Shown here piece after piece: positions 26,289-40,953 of a DNA stretch of 64,000 bases. The DNA comes from Octopus vulgaris (taxonomy: Eukaryota), in NCBI GenBank assembly GCA_951406725.2, contig OX597824.1, forward strand, positions 72,912,001 to 72,976,000, in the 5' to 3' direction. A program made the translations under genes and the position numbers. How positions within the stretch are numbered: position 1 is the stretch's first letter; each line of letters begins with the position of its first letter. The notes below the pieces were generated by a model that saw only the letters and a program-made list of their open reading frames with translations, ran no database searches and had not been told where the DNA came from.

Positions 26289-27057
26289 TACACAGAAAAG
26301 AAACACGGAGAGAAACAAGGAAAGAAAAAAAATGCGTGCAGAAGCTAGCGATTCAACATGGCGATCTGATTCTGGCCAGAAGTCAGAGATCAAACGTGAG
26401 ACGCAAGAGCGAAAATAGGGGAGATAACAGGGTCAAATGACTTCCCGCCAACATAAGGGTACGTGTGTGTATGAGAGAGTATGTGGTGCGTATGAAAGGT
26501 CTGGACGTGTGTATGTATGTAAGATGTGATGTGTAATGTCGTATGGTGTAGTGTAGAGAGGGGAGATGAGGGGGAGAGTGAGAGAGTGGAGGAGGAGGGA
26601 GGAGAGGTGGAGGGGAGGAGAGAGAGGGGAAGAGGGGAGAAGGAAAAAGGAGGGAGAAGAGGAAAGGTGAGAGTGAGGAGGGTGAGATGAGGGGGAGGGG
26701 GAGAGGGGGGAGAAGGAAAGAAGGAGAGGGTGAGGATGAGATGAAATGAGGAGGAGGGTGAGAAGGGGGAGGAGGGGGGAAGGGGAGAAGGAAGGAGAGG
26801 AGAAGAGGAGGGGGATGAGAAAGGAGGGGAGAGGAGGAGGGGGAGAGAGAAGGGGAGTGAGGGAGCAAAGAGAAAGAGAGAAGGGGAAGAGAGAAGAAGA
26901 AAGGGGAAAGAAGAGGAGGGAAGAAGGGAAGAGGAGGGAAAGAGAGTAGGGGTGAAAAGATGAAGGACCGAAGAGAAGCAGGAGTCGGGAGGGAGGTTAG
27001 ATGAGGAGGTGGGGGGAGAGTTGAGACCAAATGGCGTAAAAGAGCGAAGAGAGAAGA

Positions 27058-28215
27058 TTAATCCCTGTTCACGGCGCAAACGGGAATCCGGATGGCCTCT
27101 GTGCAAGGACAAACCGAACACAGACAGGTGTTGCAAGGAGTGACCGGTGGAGCGGAATGGCGTGAGACCGGTGTGTCGTTGGCAAGGCCAATGTCACGGA
27201 GGTGTTCCGCGAACCGGTCAGCCAAGCGGCGTCCCGTTTGTCCGATGTATAGGGAATGGCAGAGAGAGCAAGAGATGCAATAGATGATATTACTGGAGGT
27301 GCAGGTGAAGGAGTTGATGATGCGATAGGGTCGATGATGGGTGCCAGTGAGGAGGGTGGTGTTGGAGAGGTAAGGGCAAGTGTGGCAACATGGACGGGAG
27401 CAGGGGAACGAGCCAGGTTGGGAGGTAGGGTCAAGGAAGGAGCTGTGGACCAAAAGGTTTCGTAGGTTGTGGGCTCGTTTGAAGGAGGGGAGGGGTCGGT
27501 TAGGGAAGAGGTGTGAAGTGGACGGGTCGGACTGGAGATGCCGGAAAGCTCGAAGAATGGTGCGTTGGAGAGGTAGGGTCGTGAGGTGGTAAGTGAGGGA
27601 AAAAGGGAGGCGGGAGACTACAAGGCGGGTTCGGGGGGAGGGAGCAGATGCACGGTCTACGGAACGTGCTCTGGTAAGGGCGGTGTGGATAGTGGTGAGG
27701 GGGTATCCACGTAGGATGAAGTGGCGAGCCATGCGTTCAGACTGAGTCTCAAAGTCATGGTCGTCACTACAGAGCTTACGTAGACGGAGGAATTGGGAAT
27801 AAGGGATGGAAAGCTTGGTGTGTTTTGGGTGGGAGGAAGAGAAGTTTAGGTATGTGTGTGAGTCTGTGTGTTTGTAGTGAATGGAGGTGGTAAGAGTGGA
27901 GTGATGAATGCTGACCGAAATGTCGAGGAAGGAGACAGAGGTGTTGGAGATAGTGGAGGTGAAGTGGAGGGCAGGATGGAAGGCTTGAACGAAAGAGAGG
28001 AAGGAATCTAGATGTTCACGGGAGAGTGAGGTGGAACCGATAATGTCGTCAATGTAACGACCGTATAGTTCGGGAGTGGGACCAGTGAAATTAGAGAATA
28101 TTTGGGCCTCAACATAGCCAACGAACAGGTTCGCATAGTTGGGGCCCATTCGCATTCCCATGGTCACTCCCGAGAGCTATTGGTAGAACTCGCCCGCGAA
28201 CGAGAAGCAGTTAAG
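27058..28215 (-). pseudogene. Penelope-like reverse transcriptase/GIY-YIG ORF, truncated, with a stop and a late frameshift
   Basis: Motifs MGMRMGPNYANLFVG, YGRYIDD, FLDI, YKHTDSHTYLNFSSSHP and IIYCISCSLCHSLYIGQTGRRLADRFAEH. Confidence 0.92.
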
Positions 28216-28315
28216 ATATATATATATATATAATAATAATAAATATTAGGGAATAAATCCAAATTTACAGGGAAAAATCAGATTTAGGATTAAATCCAAT
28301 TTTATAGTAAAATAT

Positions 28316-28712
<397 letters not shown>

Positions 28713-28868
28713 TTGCTCGACTAAAGGCGGTGCTCCAGCATGGCCGCAGTCAAATGACTGAAACAAGTAAAAGAGTAAAGAGTAAGAGTATATATATATA
28801 TATATATGTATATATGCATATATGTATATATATGTGTATATACGCATATATATATATATATATATATA

Positions 28869-29199
<331 letters not shown>

Positions 29200-29515
29200 T
29201 ATATGTATACACACACACAAACACATATAATATAAGTTAGAAGACATATATAATAAATGCGCAAACAAACGGGAAAGAGACACGGAAGTTCACCAAATCC
29301 TCATTAGTTATCGGCCAGATGTTCAAACGTAATTTCGTACTTTCAACGATAATATTGATCCTCTGGTGGCGCCAGCGGCAGGAAGCCGCCGGGAAAAGGC
29401 GATTCAACAAACAAGAGACCAACGAAGCAAGAAATAAACAATACATATATACATACATACATACATACATACATACATACATACATACATACATACATAC
29501 ATACATACATACAAT

Positions 29516-29805
29516 ACGATCGTGAGGTTGTGAGTTCGATTCCGTACCGGATTGCGTTTTATGTTCTTGAGCAAAACACTTTATTTCACGTTGTTCCAGT
29601 TCACTCAGCTGTAGGAATGAGTTGCGACGTCACTGGTACCAAGCTATATGGGCCTCTGCCTTTCCATTGGATAACATCGGTGGCGTGGAGAGGGGAGGCC
29701 AGTATGCATGGGTGACCGCTGGTCTTCCATAAACAGCCTTGCCGGAACTTATGCCTGGGAGGGTAACTTTCTAGGTGCAATCCCATGGTCATTTATGACC
29801 GAAGG
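29516..29805 (+). mobile_element. SINE family B variant with a different tail; related copy at 50496-50766 (minus strand)
   Basis: Shares the core TTCTTGAGCAAAACACTTTATTTCACGTTG..CCAGTTCACTCAGCTG. Confidence 0.75.
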
Positions 29806-29829
29806 GAGTTACTCTTAATATATATATAT

Positions 29830-30230
29830 TCTCTTTTAACTCTTTTACTTGTTTCAGTCATTTGACTGCGGCCATGCTGGAGCACCGCCTTTAATCGAGC
29901 AAATCGACCCCAGGACTTATTCTTTGTAAGCCCAGTACTTATTCTATCGGTCTCTTTTGCCGAACTGCTAAGTGACGGGGACGTAAACACACCAGCATCG
30001 GTTGTCAAGCAATGCTAGGGGGACAAACACAGACACACAAACATACACACACATATATATATATACATACATATATACGACAGGCTTCTTTCAGTTTCCG
30101 CCTACCAAATCCACTCACAAGGCTTTGGTTGGCCCGAGGCCATAGTAGAAGACACTTGCCCAAGATGCCACGCAGTGGGACTGAACCCGGAACCATGTGG
30201 TTGGTAAGCAAGCTACTTACCACTCCTGAG

Positions 30231-30232
<2 letters not shown>
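29830..30232 (-). mobile_element. SINE family C
   Basis: Homologous to the other family C copies. Confidence 0.85.
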
Positions 30233-30280
<48 letters not shown>

Positions 30281-30281
<1 letters not shown>

Positions 30282-30515
30282 GCGCCCTTTTAAAGCTTAG
30301 CCAAGCTCATGGGCCCGGTTTCCCGGCTTCTATGGCGTATGTGTACCCAAGCTGGACGGTACGCCAGTCCATCGCAGCGTTACTCATTTTTGCCAGCCGA
30401 GTGGACTGGAGCAATGTGAAATGAAATGTTTTGCTCAAGAACACAACGCGTCGCCCGGTCCAGGAATCGAAACCACAATTTTACGATCATGATGCTAACT
30501 ACTGAGCCACGCGCC

Positions 30516-30519
<4 letters not shown>
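30281..30519 (-). mobile_element. SINE family B
   Basis: Homologous to 47803-48060. Confidence 0.85.
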
Positions 30520-30599
<80 letters not shown>

Positions 30600-30872
30600 C
30601 GTGAGAAATTTGTTTGACCGATTGACGACTGTTGGTGCTGCCACCCACAGTTGCTTTCAGAGTAAGAACAGAGAGAGTTTACTAAGAAATAGAAGGGAAG
30701 GTGAGTTTTCCCTTTAAAGCATTCGATCTCTGTAATATAATGCAATAAATTATTCCCCTAATGCAACATCCAATTGCACTTGGATTATGCAATGCGGAGT
30801 GTGCGGGTATACACAATGGTGAAACGCACACTGGGAACAAATCCAGTGTTTATCATAATTTATGATAATTTC

Positions 30873-31287
30873 TTATTTCTTTATTGCCCACAAGGGGCTA
30901 AACATTGAGGGTACAAACAAGGGCAGACAAACGGATTAAGTCAATTACATCGACCCCAGTGCGTAACTGGTACATAATTTATCAACCCTGAAAGGATGAA
31001 AGGCAAAGTCCTCGGCGGAATTTAAACTCAGAACGTAACGACAGACGAAATACCTATTTCTTTACTACCCACAAGGGGCTAAACACAGAGAGGACAAACA
31101 AGGACAGACAAACGGATTAAGTCGATTATATCGACCTCAGTGCGTAACAGGTACTTATTTAATCGACCCCGAAAGGATGAAAGGCAAAATCGACCTCGGC
31201 GGAATTGGAACTCACAACGTAGCGGCAGACGAAATACGGCTACGCATTTCGCCCGGCGTGCTAACGTTTCTGCCAACTCGCCGCCTT
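30873..31287 (-). mobile_element. SINE family D tandem dimer
   Basis: Two body-plus-tail units and one head, flanked by ATAATTTATGATAATTT direct repeats. Confidence 0.85.
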
Positions 31288-31598
31288 AATTATGATAATT
31301 TATGATAATTTTTCTTATGTTTGCTCTGTGTATTATAACCAGTAATACGACTAAGTAGAGTAGTAACCACACCACTTTATTGGAAGCTGACTGGATGCTG
31401 CTAATGTACGTTGAGCTCTAAATTCACCAGTGGCAACCTTTCATCCATCTGCACAAATAAGCTCTGTGCGTGCCTGCCTACCTGCCTGTGTGTGTATATG
31501 TGTATGTGTGTGTGTGTATCTACCTACCTACCTACATACATATATATATATATATAGGCATGAATATATGTAAATATATACGTATATCTGTGTGTGTG

Positions 31599-31686
<88 letters not shown>

Positions 31687-31689
31687 CAT

Positions 31690-31727
<38 letters not shown>

Positions 31728-31752
31728 ACATATATATATATATATATACACG

Positions 31753-31786
<34 letters not shown>

Positions 31787-32241
31787 AAATAAATATTTCA
31801 TACTTTATATATATCTGTGTGTGTGTGTGTGTGTACAATCAATGAATGCATCGAATGCCTGTTCATTAAAACATCACATCCACATCCTACTATATAAGCT
31901 TGAAAGAGAAAGCATTCAAAAGCCATCTACATCGAGGCAACTACTTGCTTGACTACAGTTATTTTTAGAATAGTGACGTAAGATCAAAACACTTTAAACA
32001 ATCTAGAAATTTCCAGAAAACAAACTAACAAAAATAATAAAAACAACAACATGAATAACCAAATATCTAGACAGTTTCTCAATATGGTGAAGGATATTCT
32101 ACGTCTGGAACCAAAAGTCTGTGGATTGTGTCAGGTCTTTCGGCTGACAATTTGTGTGCTTTACAATCTGGACTATACAAATGCATTCAAAACATGAACG
32201 GTGACATCAACGAAAAGAAAGGAAAAATGGCGCTAACTCAC

Positions 32242-32299
32242 CTTGGTAGATGTGGTTTTGGTGTCTTTTTTCTGTCGGGTTGTAGCGTCTTCGAAGAGG
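32242..32299 (-). CDS. Minus-strand gene, 58-nt exon (PLRRRYNPTEKRHQNHIYQ), phase 0/1
   Basis: TATTTGTTTCAG| acceptor and consensus AAG|GTGAGT donor. Its phases bridge the 33347 and 21352 junctions exactly. Confidence 0.8.
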
Positions 32300-33346
32300 C
32301 TGAAACAAATAGTTTAGTCCTATTATTTTATGGTCGTGTCCGAGACAACAAAAATGCTTCAGTACAAGAGAAATCTGGTTGAATATTTAATGATAAAAGC
32401 GAAACCTTAAACTGCTCTACGAGGATGAATAAAAGTATTTAAAAAATGGCTTGCAGCTCGTTTTGATTCAGGTATTTTGAAAACATCACATTACTATCTA
32501 AACGTTTGTAAGAATTAAAGATTGTGATAGGGAATTCAAGCAATTATAAAGAGAACGCAAGCATTTAGAAAGATATGTGTTGTAGCTTCTATCACACAGA
32601 GAAGCTCCATATATTCCGCACGACTGCTTATCTTGAACAAAAAGTCCGAACTTATATCAGGTGGTCAGCACATGTTAAAGTTTCTGCTGATTTACTTCAA
32701 AGAAGAACTCGACGTCATCCACTGCAAGACTAATTAAGACACCAACACTGAAATATCCTGAACTCACAAATGAATATGTGTGATTAGATATACTATGTTT
32801 GAAAAATAATTCGACGCGATAGCCAAGGCTGAAATGATTCTGAATATTGGTCTACTTGAACAGGACTGACTTGAGCCGACAGTAACAACAGCAAAAACAA
32901 GAACAAGACCACTAGACACTCCAGTCTCTGGCCTTCAGGTGCGTGGTCCTCTCTTTCTGCTTTTTCTACTAGTATTATAATAGCCTCTACACCTCGAAGC
33001 TGATGGGTCATGCCACTTCCACTTTGGCATTTCCGACTTCCTTTTCCTCGTTATTCGTGTTGCAGCCGCCACCAGTTGTCTCACTGACCCTCACGAACAG
33101 TTATTCTTCTCAGAATGCCCACCCTCTATAACTCTCTCTCCTTGTTTAGGTGTATGATGCACGTGGGGATTTGTAACAGTTCAACAAGAACGTTAACGAC
33201 ATAAATCTCGCCGGTTGCAGAGGGTTTACGGAGCCCACGGATACTACGTGTTTCCCCTGGCCCAACAAGAAGGAAAAAAATAATAAAACACTGGTCACTG
33301 ACTTCGGAAGCCATACTGACCACGATGGAGGTTTTAAACTACTTAC

Positions 33347-33474
33347 ACCGCGATTCTTGTAGTGGGCAGGCAGATAACTGCCAGAATCTGCAGTTTCGGG
33401 TAGATGTGGTCTGACGTGGTAGTGAGTGGGTCTTCCATTCATTGAAGGATGTTTTACTAGAAGATTGCTCTTCC
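33347..33474 (-). CDS. Minus-strand gene, 128-nt exon (RKSNLLVKHPSMNGRPTHYHVRPHLPETADSGSYLPAHYKNRG), phase 1/0
   Basis: TTTTTGGTTTCCAG| acceptor, |GTAAGT donor, open frame and compatible phases. Confidence 0.75.
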
Positions 33475-33661
33475 CTGGAAACCAAAAAGAAAAAAAAATG
33501 TAAACAACAACAAAAACATTAACGATGAGATAATGATGTTGGTAGTGATGAAAATTTTCAAACATTTGCACAAAGTTATCAAATAAATTTTAGTTATTTA
33601 TTTTTGGTGATAATGAAGGTGGTGTTGGTTCACCAAATTCCTCTTGCTCATAGAATATATA

Positions 33662-34182
33662 CCGTAAATTCTCGAGTATAATCCGCAAATTTCCACCAAA
33701 ATTTAAAGGTCAAAATCCCTAGTGCGTACTATATACGAGGTTAAAAATGAAAATTATTTTCTAAGCAATGCCCGAGTCGCTATTTGCTGTCCGGCAATGT
33801 TTATTCAGACGCATTTTGTGATGTCGGGCGCGAAAATACCTTAAGCTAAGCCTGAAAGCAATGAAGTCATAAAATGATCATCCATAACTTGCAGCAAGCA
33901 ACATTTATTAAACATTATTACTATTATTACTGTTACCTCTTTATTTTCTGCAAACAAAATGCACAAAAAAGTTACACGTTTGCATTATGTTATATATATA
34001 ATAATAATAAAGGACGTTATCGTATACATTTTTACAAATCAAGGACGTTATATAGACCTCCTTGACTCAAGTTAGAGAAGGGGTGCGTATCATACACAAG
34101 GTTTAGGTTTTTCAGAGGTACAGCTCCCTAAAAATCCCCTGCGTATTATACACAAGGGCGGACTATACTCGAGGATTTACGG
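33662..34182. mobile_element. Tc2/pogo-type non-autonomous DNA transposon (MITE)
   Basis: 25-bp TIRs CCGTAAAT(T/C)CTCGAGTATA(A/G)TCCGC, TA duplications at both ends and no ORF. Confidence 0.9.
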
Positions 34183-34265
34183 TACTCAATGCAAGGTACT
34201 CGTGCAAAAGCAGGAGCACTCACTTACACAAGCATACGCACACACACACACACACACAGACGCGC

Positions 34266-34309
<44 letters not shown>

Positions 34310-34349
34310 ACTCCGTTTTTAATTCTATATACATACTAGTTTTTTCTAA

Positions 34350-34566
34350 TATTCTTTTCTACTCTAGGTACAAGGCCCGAAATGTTTGGGAAGGTGGCCA
34401 GTCAATTAGATCGACTCCAATATGCAACTGGTACTTAATTTATCGACACCGAAAGAATGACGGGCAAAGTCGACCTCGGCGGAATTTGAACTCAGAACGT
34501 TAAGGCAGACGAAATACTCCTAAGCGTTTCGCCAAGCTGCTAAAGTTTCTGCCAGCTCGCCGCCTT
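34350..34566 (-). mobile_element. SINE family D with target-site duplication
   Basis: Flanked by AG(T)nCTAATA direct repeats. Confidence 0.85.
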
Positions 34567-34694
34567 AAGTTTTTTTCTAATAGTAAACAAAAAACAAAAA
34601 AACAATCCAAGTAAATTTTACATTTCAGAAATCAGAAAATTAATTTTGAACAAAACGCTGAAAAAGAGCAAAAGGCACACACGCACACACACAA

Positions 34695-34855
<161 letters not shown>

Positions 34856-34875
34856 CATATATACATACATATATG

Positions 34876-34924
<49 letters not shown>

Positions 34925-34954
34925 GTGTGTGGAGTAGCTGCTCGGCAGACTTAC

Positions 34955-35195
34955 GGGACAGGAATTCATTGAACACTTGCGGGTGATGCTCAAAGACGGC
35001 AGAAACCAAATTGACGAATCCGTTAACGCCAAGTTTCTCCAAGATGTTTTGTTCGTTAAGCTCTGCCGTCAGTGGTGGGTCCAACGCAGTCGTCACTTCC
35101 ATTATGGTTGTCATTTCTGGATTCATCTCTCTCTCACTGCTGGTCTTCACTTTACGTTTTTCCAAATGAAGTTGGTCTTCTAATTCTTCGGCTTC
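34955..35195 (-). CDS. Minus-strand gene, 241-nt exon ([15 protein letters not shown]...[11 protein letters not shown]), phase 0/1
   Basis: CAG acceptor at 35196-35198 and |GTAAGT donor. The translation is protein-like and looks amphipathic-helical ([32 protein letters not shown]). Confidence 0.8.
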
Positions 35196-35473
35196 CTGTT
35201 TTTTAAAAAAAATAATAGTGAATAAAAAGGATTATTTTTATAGCCCTTGGCTAACCCTGACTGAGCAAATCTATGAACAAAGGTATTTCAGCAATGACTA
35301 TCTGTTAGTTTGTACATCTGAAGCTAAATTGTTCAGTGTGAGAAAATTGTATCTGTCTCGATACTTATAGTTTTAAATTCAACTTCACTCTGGTGACGTG
35401 CAGTTAGGTTAAAATATATATAAGTGATCAGATTTTAATTTTTCGTGTTATCTACGAAATAAATAGACCGGCA

Positions 35474-36130
35474 GTTGTGTGTGTTTATTGAGCGAAAACA
35501 CCTAAAGCTCCACAAAGCTCCGGCAGGGGGTGGCGGTGACCCTTGTTGTACTCTTTCGCCCCAACTTTCTCTCACTCTTTCTTCCTGTTTCTTGAGTAAC
35601 AGCTGGGGATAGGGAAAAACACATACGTCACAGAAACCGGGAAACCGGGCCCATGAGCCTGGCTAGGCTTGAAAAGGGGCGCATAAATAAATAAATAATA
35701 AATATGATTCTGTTGTAGAATTGTAATTAAGGCGTCTATGAAGTAATTGGAAGCACTCCGTCGGTTACGACGACGAGGGTTCCGGTTGATCCGATCAACA
35801 GAACAGCCTACTCGTGAAATTAACGTGTAAGTGGCTGAGCACTCCACAGACACGTGTACCCTTAACGTAGTTCTCGAGGAGATTCAGCGTGACACAGAGT
35901 GTGACAAGGCTGGCCCTTTGAAATACAGGTACAACAGAAACAGGAAGAAAGAGTGAGAGAAAGTTGTGGTGAAAGAGTACAGGAGGGTTCACCACCACCC
36001 CCTGCAGGAGCCTTGTGAAGCTTCAGGTGTTTTCGCTCAATAAACACTCACAATGCCCGGTCTGGGAATCGAAACCGCGATCCTACGACCGCGAGTCCGC
36101 TGCCCTAACCACTGGGCCATTGCGCCTCCA
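35474..36130. mobile_element. Two SINE family A copies in opposite orientation (plus 35474-35700 with a family-B-type tail; minus 35735-36130)
   Basis: Both are homologous to 1539-1735. The tails differ between copies. Confidence 0.8.
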
Positions 36131-36478
36131 CCATTCGACCATATCGGTATTTCTATAAAATACCACAGCAGACTTATTATTCCCACAACTTAATTTCTTG
36201 ATTTATTAGAATTTTTTCCCGGCTTCTGGAGGATATGTCCCAATTACCAAATGGCAATTAAGACCAGTTCCATTTGAGAAAGGGAGATTAATCTCAAGAT
36301 TCAAGAATTCCCCAAGTTGACATGCTATTAAGGAAAAGGACAGATTTATCGACTGGAAATAAGGGAACATTAATGGACACGTGTTTCTGGCCATATAGCT
36401 GTCATCAGCACGGCGATTGTCCAACCTTTTCTCACGCAGCCAACGGACTAAGACTTATACAAAAAGAGTAGCGCGCGC

Positions 36479-36510
<32 letters not shown>

Positions 36511-36746
36511 ATGTATGTATGCGTGTGTGTCAGTAAGTATGTGTGCGTATGCGTCCGTATGGTGTATATGTGTATGTCTTTATGCGTATGTTTGTACATG
36601 TGGTGAGAGTAACATTGGTAATGACTTTCAGTGGTAACGTTAAAACGGTAATTCAAGAGGAGGTTGCGGTTATACAAGAAGACACAGCACGTGCACACAA
36701 ACATAGACACACAGACTCACTCACATGGATGCACATACATTCTACG

Positions 36747-36799
<53 letters not shown>

Positions 36800-36914
36800 G
36801 AGCGCGCGCACACTCATTTTCCATCTCACTCTCTCCCTCACACATAAATGCACATACGCATTCTCACTCACTCAGAACTGTTACAAGAAATGTCGCTAGA
36901 TTCTTTCCACTTAC

Positions 36915-36961
36915 ATGCTTCTTGTCCATTTGGTTCAGGCCATTCAGAGAAGCTCCGGAAC
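36915..36961 (-). CDS. Minus-strand gene, 47-nt exon (GSGASLNGLNQMDKKH), phase 1/0; contains a possible start ATG
   Basis: TTTTTTTTATTCCTCAG| acceptor and |GTAAGT donor, in frame with the next exon. Confidence 0.75.
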
Positions 36962-37037
36962 CTGAGGAATAAAAAAAAATGCAAAAGATTAAAGAATTCT
37001 GTTATGAAAATCACCATCTGCCTCATCTCCCCCAATC

Positions 37038-37072
<35 letters not shown>

Positions 37073-37381
37073 CATCATCATCATCATCATCATCATTATT
37101 ATCATTATTTTCGTAGTTGTCGACCTCCTCCTCTTCCTCGTCCGTGACGTCGTCGTCATCGTCGTCATCGTCGTCGTCGTCGTCGTTGTCGTCGTCCTCC
37201 TCTTCCCCCTCATCATCATCATCATCATCATCATCACCTCTGTCGTCCCCACTACGTCAGACACTTAGAGCTAAAAAATCACCGTGGGTGTTAGCAACTG
37301 ACCATGATCCTTGTTTTCCAATTCTCTTTCAATACACACTTTATGTCATGTCGAATGCTACAAAATGGTGGATAGTGTTTT

Positions 37382-37501
<120 letters not shown>

Positions 37502-37933
37502 TAGTAGTAGTTGTTGTTTTTGTAGTGCTCTGACTGTTATTTCTAGCAAGTCGAGCGGTTAGGTGGAAGCTCCCTTTGGGTGCAACAAGTAGGATAAATG
37601 TAAAAAAGAAAAACAAAATCGAAACAAAACAAAACAAAAAATAATTAAAACATAACAATGAGAAATGGAAAACTCTGTCATAGAAATCCGTTAGCTAACA
37701 ACGAGTAAACAGTATCTTCGTACTTAAGGTAATGATGAAACTGTGTGTAATGCTTCTATCAACAGTCTTGATTTGCTTTGCATAAGATTGTGAAAGGAGG
37801 AAGAACGGCGCTTATGATTTTCTTTCATAAGACACCAAAACTGACAGGAGGAAGAGAGGAATCCTTGCAATAGAGAGAACCCTGTTAAAGTCCTCTATAG
37901 CAAGGAACTAGGTGTAATAGTTATATTTATATA

Positions 37934-38446
37934 CTAGCAGTATCGCCCGGCATTGCTCGGGTTTGTAAGGGAAATAACTATATAAGCATTTTTAGAGACT
38001 TACTTCCCTTATAGATGCCAATTCGGGCTTTCTTAGCCATTTCTGTTTTGGTGTCTTCAAGCCATGAAGTCGTTGTTCTAAAAGAACGCTGGTCTCCTTG
38101 ACAACGCTTTACGACGTTGATTTCCTTACACTCCCTTCCCCACAGCTTCACGAGGGAGGGAAGAAGGGGGAGAAGCAAACAGGTGCAGGTGTGAGCGTGG
38201 ACGCCAACTCCGCCGCCATCGACACACGAAAAATTATGCATTAAAATGGAATAAAAAATTATGTTAAATTATTTTTAAAATCGTAGACTCATCGTAGACG
38301 CGCGCTAATACTCAGACGGGCTCGATATGAATCACGACTATTAGATACCCGAATTTGGTTAAACTGCACCGCAAAATGTGGGAGTAGTTAGGCATCTAAA
38401 TCGAAGGGGACAGACACTCACACAACTACAGTTTTATATATATAGA
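37934..38446 (-). mobile_element. Non-autonomous Helitron-type element
   Basis: The minus strand begins TCTATATATATAAAAC and ends with the hairpin CCCGAGCAATGCCGGG followed by CTAG. Inserted between A and T with no TSD. Confidence 0.85.
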
Positions 38447-39329
38447 TATACTATTGCTTGACCACCCATGCTTAGTTCGTTCACGTCACCGTAACTGAAC
38501 GGTTCAGCAAAAAGAGATAGACAGAATATGTATAAGAATTAGTACTAGGGTCGATTTGTTCGACTGAACACTCCAAGGTGGTGCCCCAGCATGGCCGCAA
38601 TGCAAAGAATGAAAGAAGTAAAAGGTACAGTCGGTCGACTCAAGCTCATGCAGAAAGATAGATAGCAGACGATTGCAAATGGTACCACTCAATGAGATCG
38701 AACTCCGGAAATCATGATTGCAAAGCGAACTTCTTAACCATTCTACCTTTTTCATATATATATATGTTTACCTCCCAATTCCCAGTCTTTCTCCTCTGAT
38801 TCTTAATAAATGCTGCTAGTAAATCAAACACATCATTTCTTTTTATTTATTCATGATGAAACTGTTCACACAAGCAGACGACCTTCCCCCACAAAACAAA
38901 CACCATATTAATGCTGCCAGTATATCACTCTTTCGTGTCTCCTTCTCTCTCTTCTTCCCTCTCTCTCTCTCTTCTCCACCTCTCTCTCTCTCTCTCTTCT
39001 CCACCGCTCTCTCTCTTCTCCACCTCTCTCTCTCTTCTCCATCTCTCTCCCTCTTCTCAACCTCTCTCTTTTCTTTCATTTCTCCTCACTCTTCTCTCCT
39101 CTCTGCTTTCTCTCTCTTTCCCTTTCACTGATCACTCAGTCTGTCTCTATTCTCGCTAATATTTTTGTACCTGTCTTCCAATTTCTCGACTTCTCTCCCT
39201 CCATCTCTTTCTCTGTATAGTTCTCTCCCTCTCTCTCTCTCTCCCTGCATGTATATATATGTGTGTGTATATATATATATACCTTCTCCACTTCTCTTTC
39301 AATATGTTTAGCTCACTCTCTCTCTTTTC

Positions 39330-39393
<64 letters not shown>

Positions 39394-39746
39394 ATACCTT
39401 CTCCACTTCTCTTTCAATATATGTTTACCTCACTCTCTCTCTTCTCTTCACCTTTTCTCTCTGTTCATTTCTATTCATCACTCTCGTTTGACTCTGGTTT
39501 ATGCACTTACGTACTTGAGTGATTTTAGCTATATTTTTCGTTCTTTCTTCTTCTAAATCATCTCAATTTGTGAGATTATAAGTTTCAAGAATGATGCTTG
39601 ATTAAAAATATTCGCAGTTTCAGTCATGTACGTCATGCGGCTTCCAATCAAATAGAAATTTGAAGATAGTAAAAGTAAAAACAAAAAAAAAAAAAAAAAG
39701 CAGAAAAGCAGTGTAGAAGAGATTTGAAACGAAATTAAAACTTTAG

Positions 39747-39792
<46 letters not shown>

Positions 39793-39952
39793 AACATGTA
39801 TATATATATTCACATAATAACATACATAATATATATATGCATGCATGTGTGTATATATATGTATATATATATATATACATACACACACATATATATATAC
39901 ATATATATAAATGTATCTCATTCCCTGTCTGTCTGTTTCTCTCTCCCTCTCT

Positions 39953-39983
<31 letters not shown>

Positions 39984-40050
39984 AGAATTTTTGCGTAATA
40001 AGATAAAAAAACCAAGGTCGTATAGATATTAGAGCATTTATAGATAGAAG

Positions 40051-40102
40051 GTCTTACAGCTGTTTCTAGGATATTTATTAATAATATCCCTTCATCGGAG
40101 AC
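40051..40102 (-). ncRNA. Type-I hammerhead motif, core variant CCGAUGA, in a PLE-type remnant (about 39985-40330)
   Basis: GTCT-CCGATGA-AGGGATATT-ATTAATA-AATATCCT-A-GAAAC-AGCT-GTA-AGAC. Confidence 0.65.
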
Positions 40103-40429
40103 GGTGTGAGAGGAAAATTAAGTCATAGTTAGTTTAGATGTGATACAAAATAGAGAGTCAGGTGGAGGAAAGAAAATAGATGCAATATATGTATGGGTAC
40201 TGAAGTTGTAGATCCGTTTTATAAGCATAATGGTATATATGCAATATTCCAGGAATATTGCATATATACATACATATATAAAAATTAGTATTACATTAAA
40301 CGGCGTGTATAGATAATTGTAAGAGTACATTTAGGTGGTTAAAGTTTTTTCAGTCAACGCTATGAGGTTGCACAAATGTAAACAAGTACCTTTCCATGTG
40401 TCCGTCTGTCTGTCTGTAAGTCTGGTAGA

Positions 40430-40720
40430 CTGTATGCATGAATAAGCGGCAGGTGATGCATTATTAATGCAAATCATGTCAACCGATATCCAGAAACTAA
40501 TACATTTAGGAGCAAAATACAACTATAAGCTATATATCTGACTGGGTGGCAAAGAAGTTGGTATATGGCTTATGAAGAGAACCCAACAAGGTTCGAAACC
40601 AGGTCAAGTCTGTTCCTACTTTTTGTTTCTACTCGTGGGTGGAATTTTAACCGGGATTCGTTTATTTTAGTGGAAAGTTTCACAGGGAAGACTGAAATCA
40701 TTAAGTTTGCCTTAATACAC
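40430..40720 (+). mobile_element. Degenerate PLE 3' end with decayed hammerhead (40567-40610)
   Basis: An NKR...CK remnant followed by GGCTT-ATGAAGA-GAACC-CAACAA-GGTTC-GAAAC-CAG-GTC-AAGTC (C3 lost). Confidence 0.55.
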
Positions 40721-40826
40721 AAATATGTGAATGTACTTCATTTTTGCCTGTCTATCTTATCCAGACCCATGTCCCCTCCCAAGTTTGCTGGACTGTGTGT
40801 GCGTATCTAAGTATTTTTGTATGCAT

Positions 40827-40953
<127 letters not shown>

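Larger units (their letters stand above)
26152..28215 (-). mobile_element. 5'-truncated Penelope-like retroelement (RT plus GIY-YIG endonuclease, polypyrimidine spacer, 3' pseudo-LTR with hammerhead)
   Basis: ORF remnant at 27058-28215. The terminal repeat 26152-26350 is shared with four solo copies. Inserted in (TA)n. Confidence 0.92.

Noticed and set aside
29270-29430. GC-rich island as a possible exon or CTCF site
   Set aside because: It has no good phase-compatible donor and only a partial CTCF-like match. It may be regulatory, but this is unsupported.
32793-33011. 72-aa ORF with a hydrophobic, signal-like stretch (LVVLFLFLLLLLSA)
   Set aside because: It lies in an intron of the reconstructed gene. 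The hydrophobic run comes from a TTG/TTC-rich low-complexity tract, and there are no convincing splice sites.
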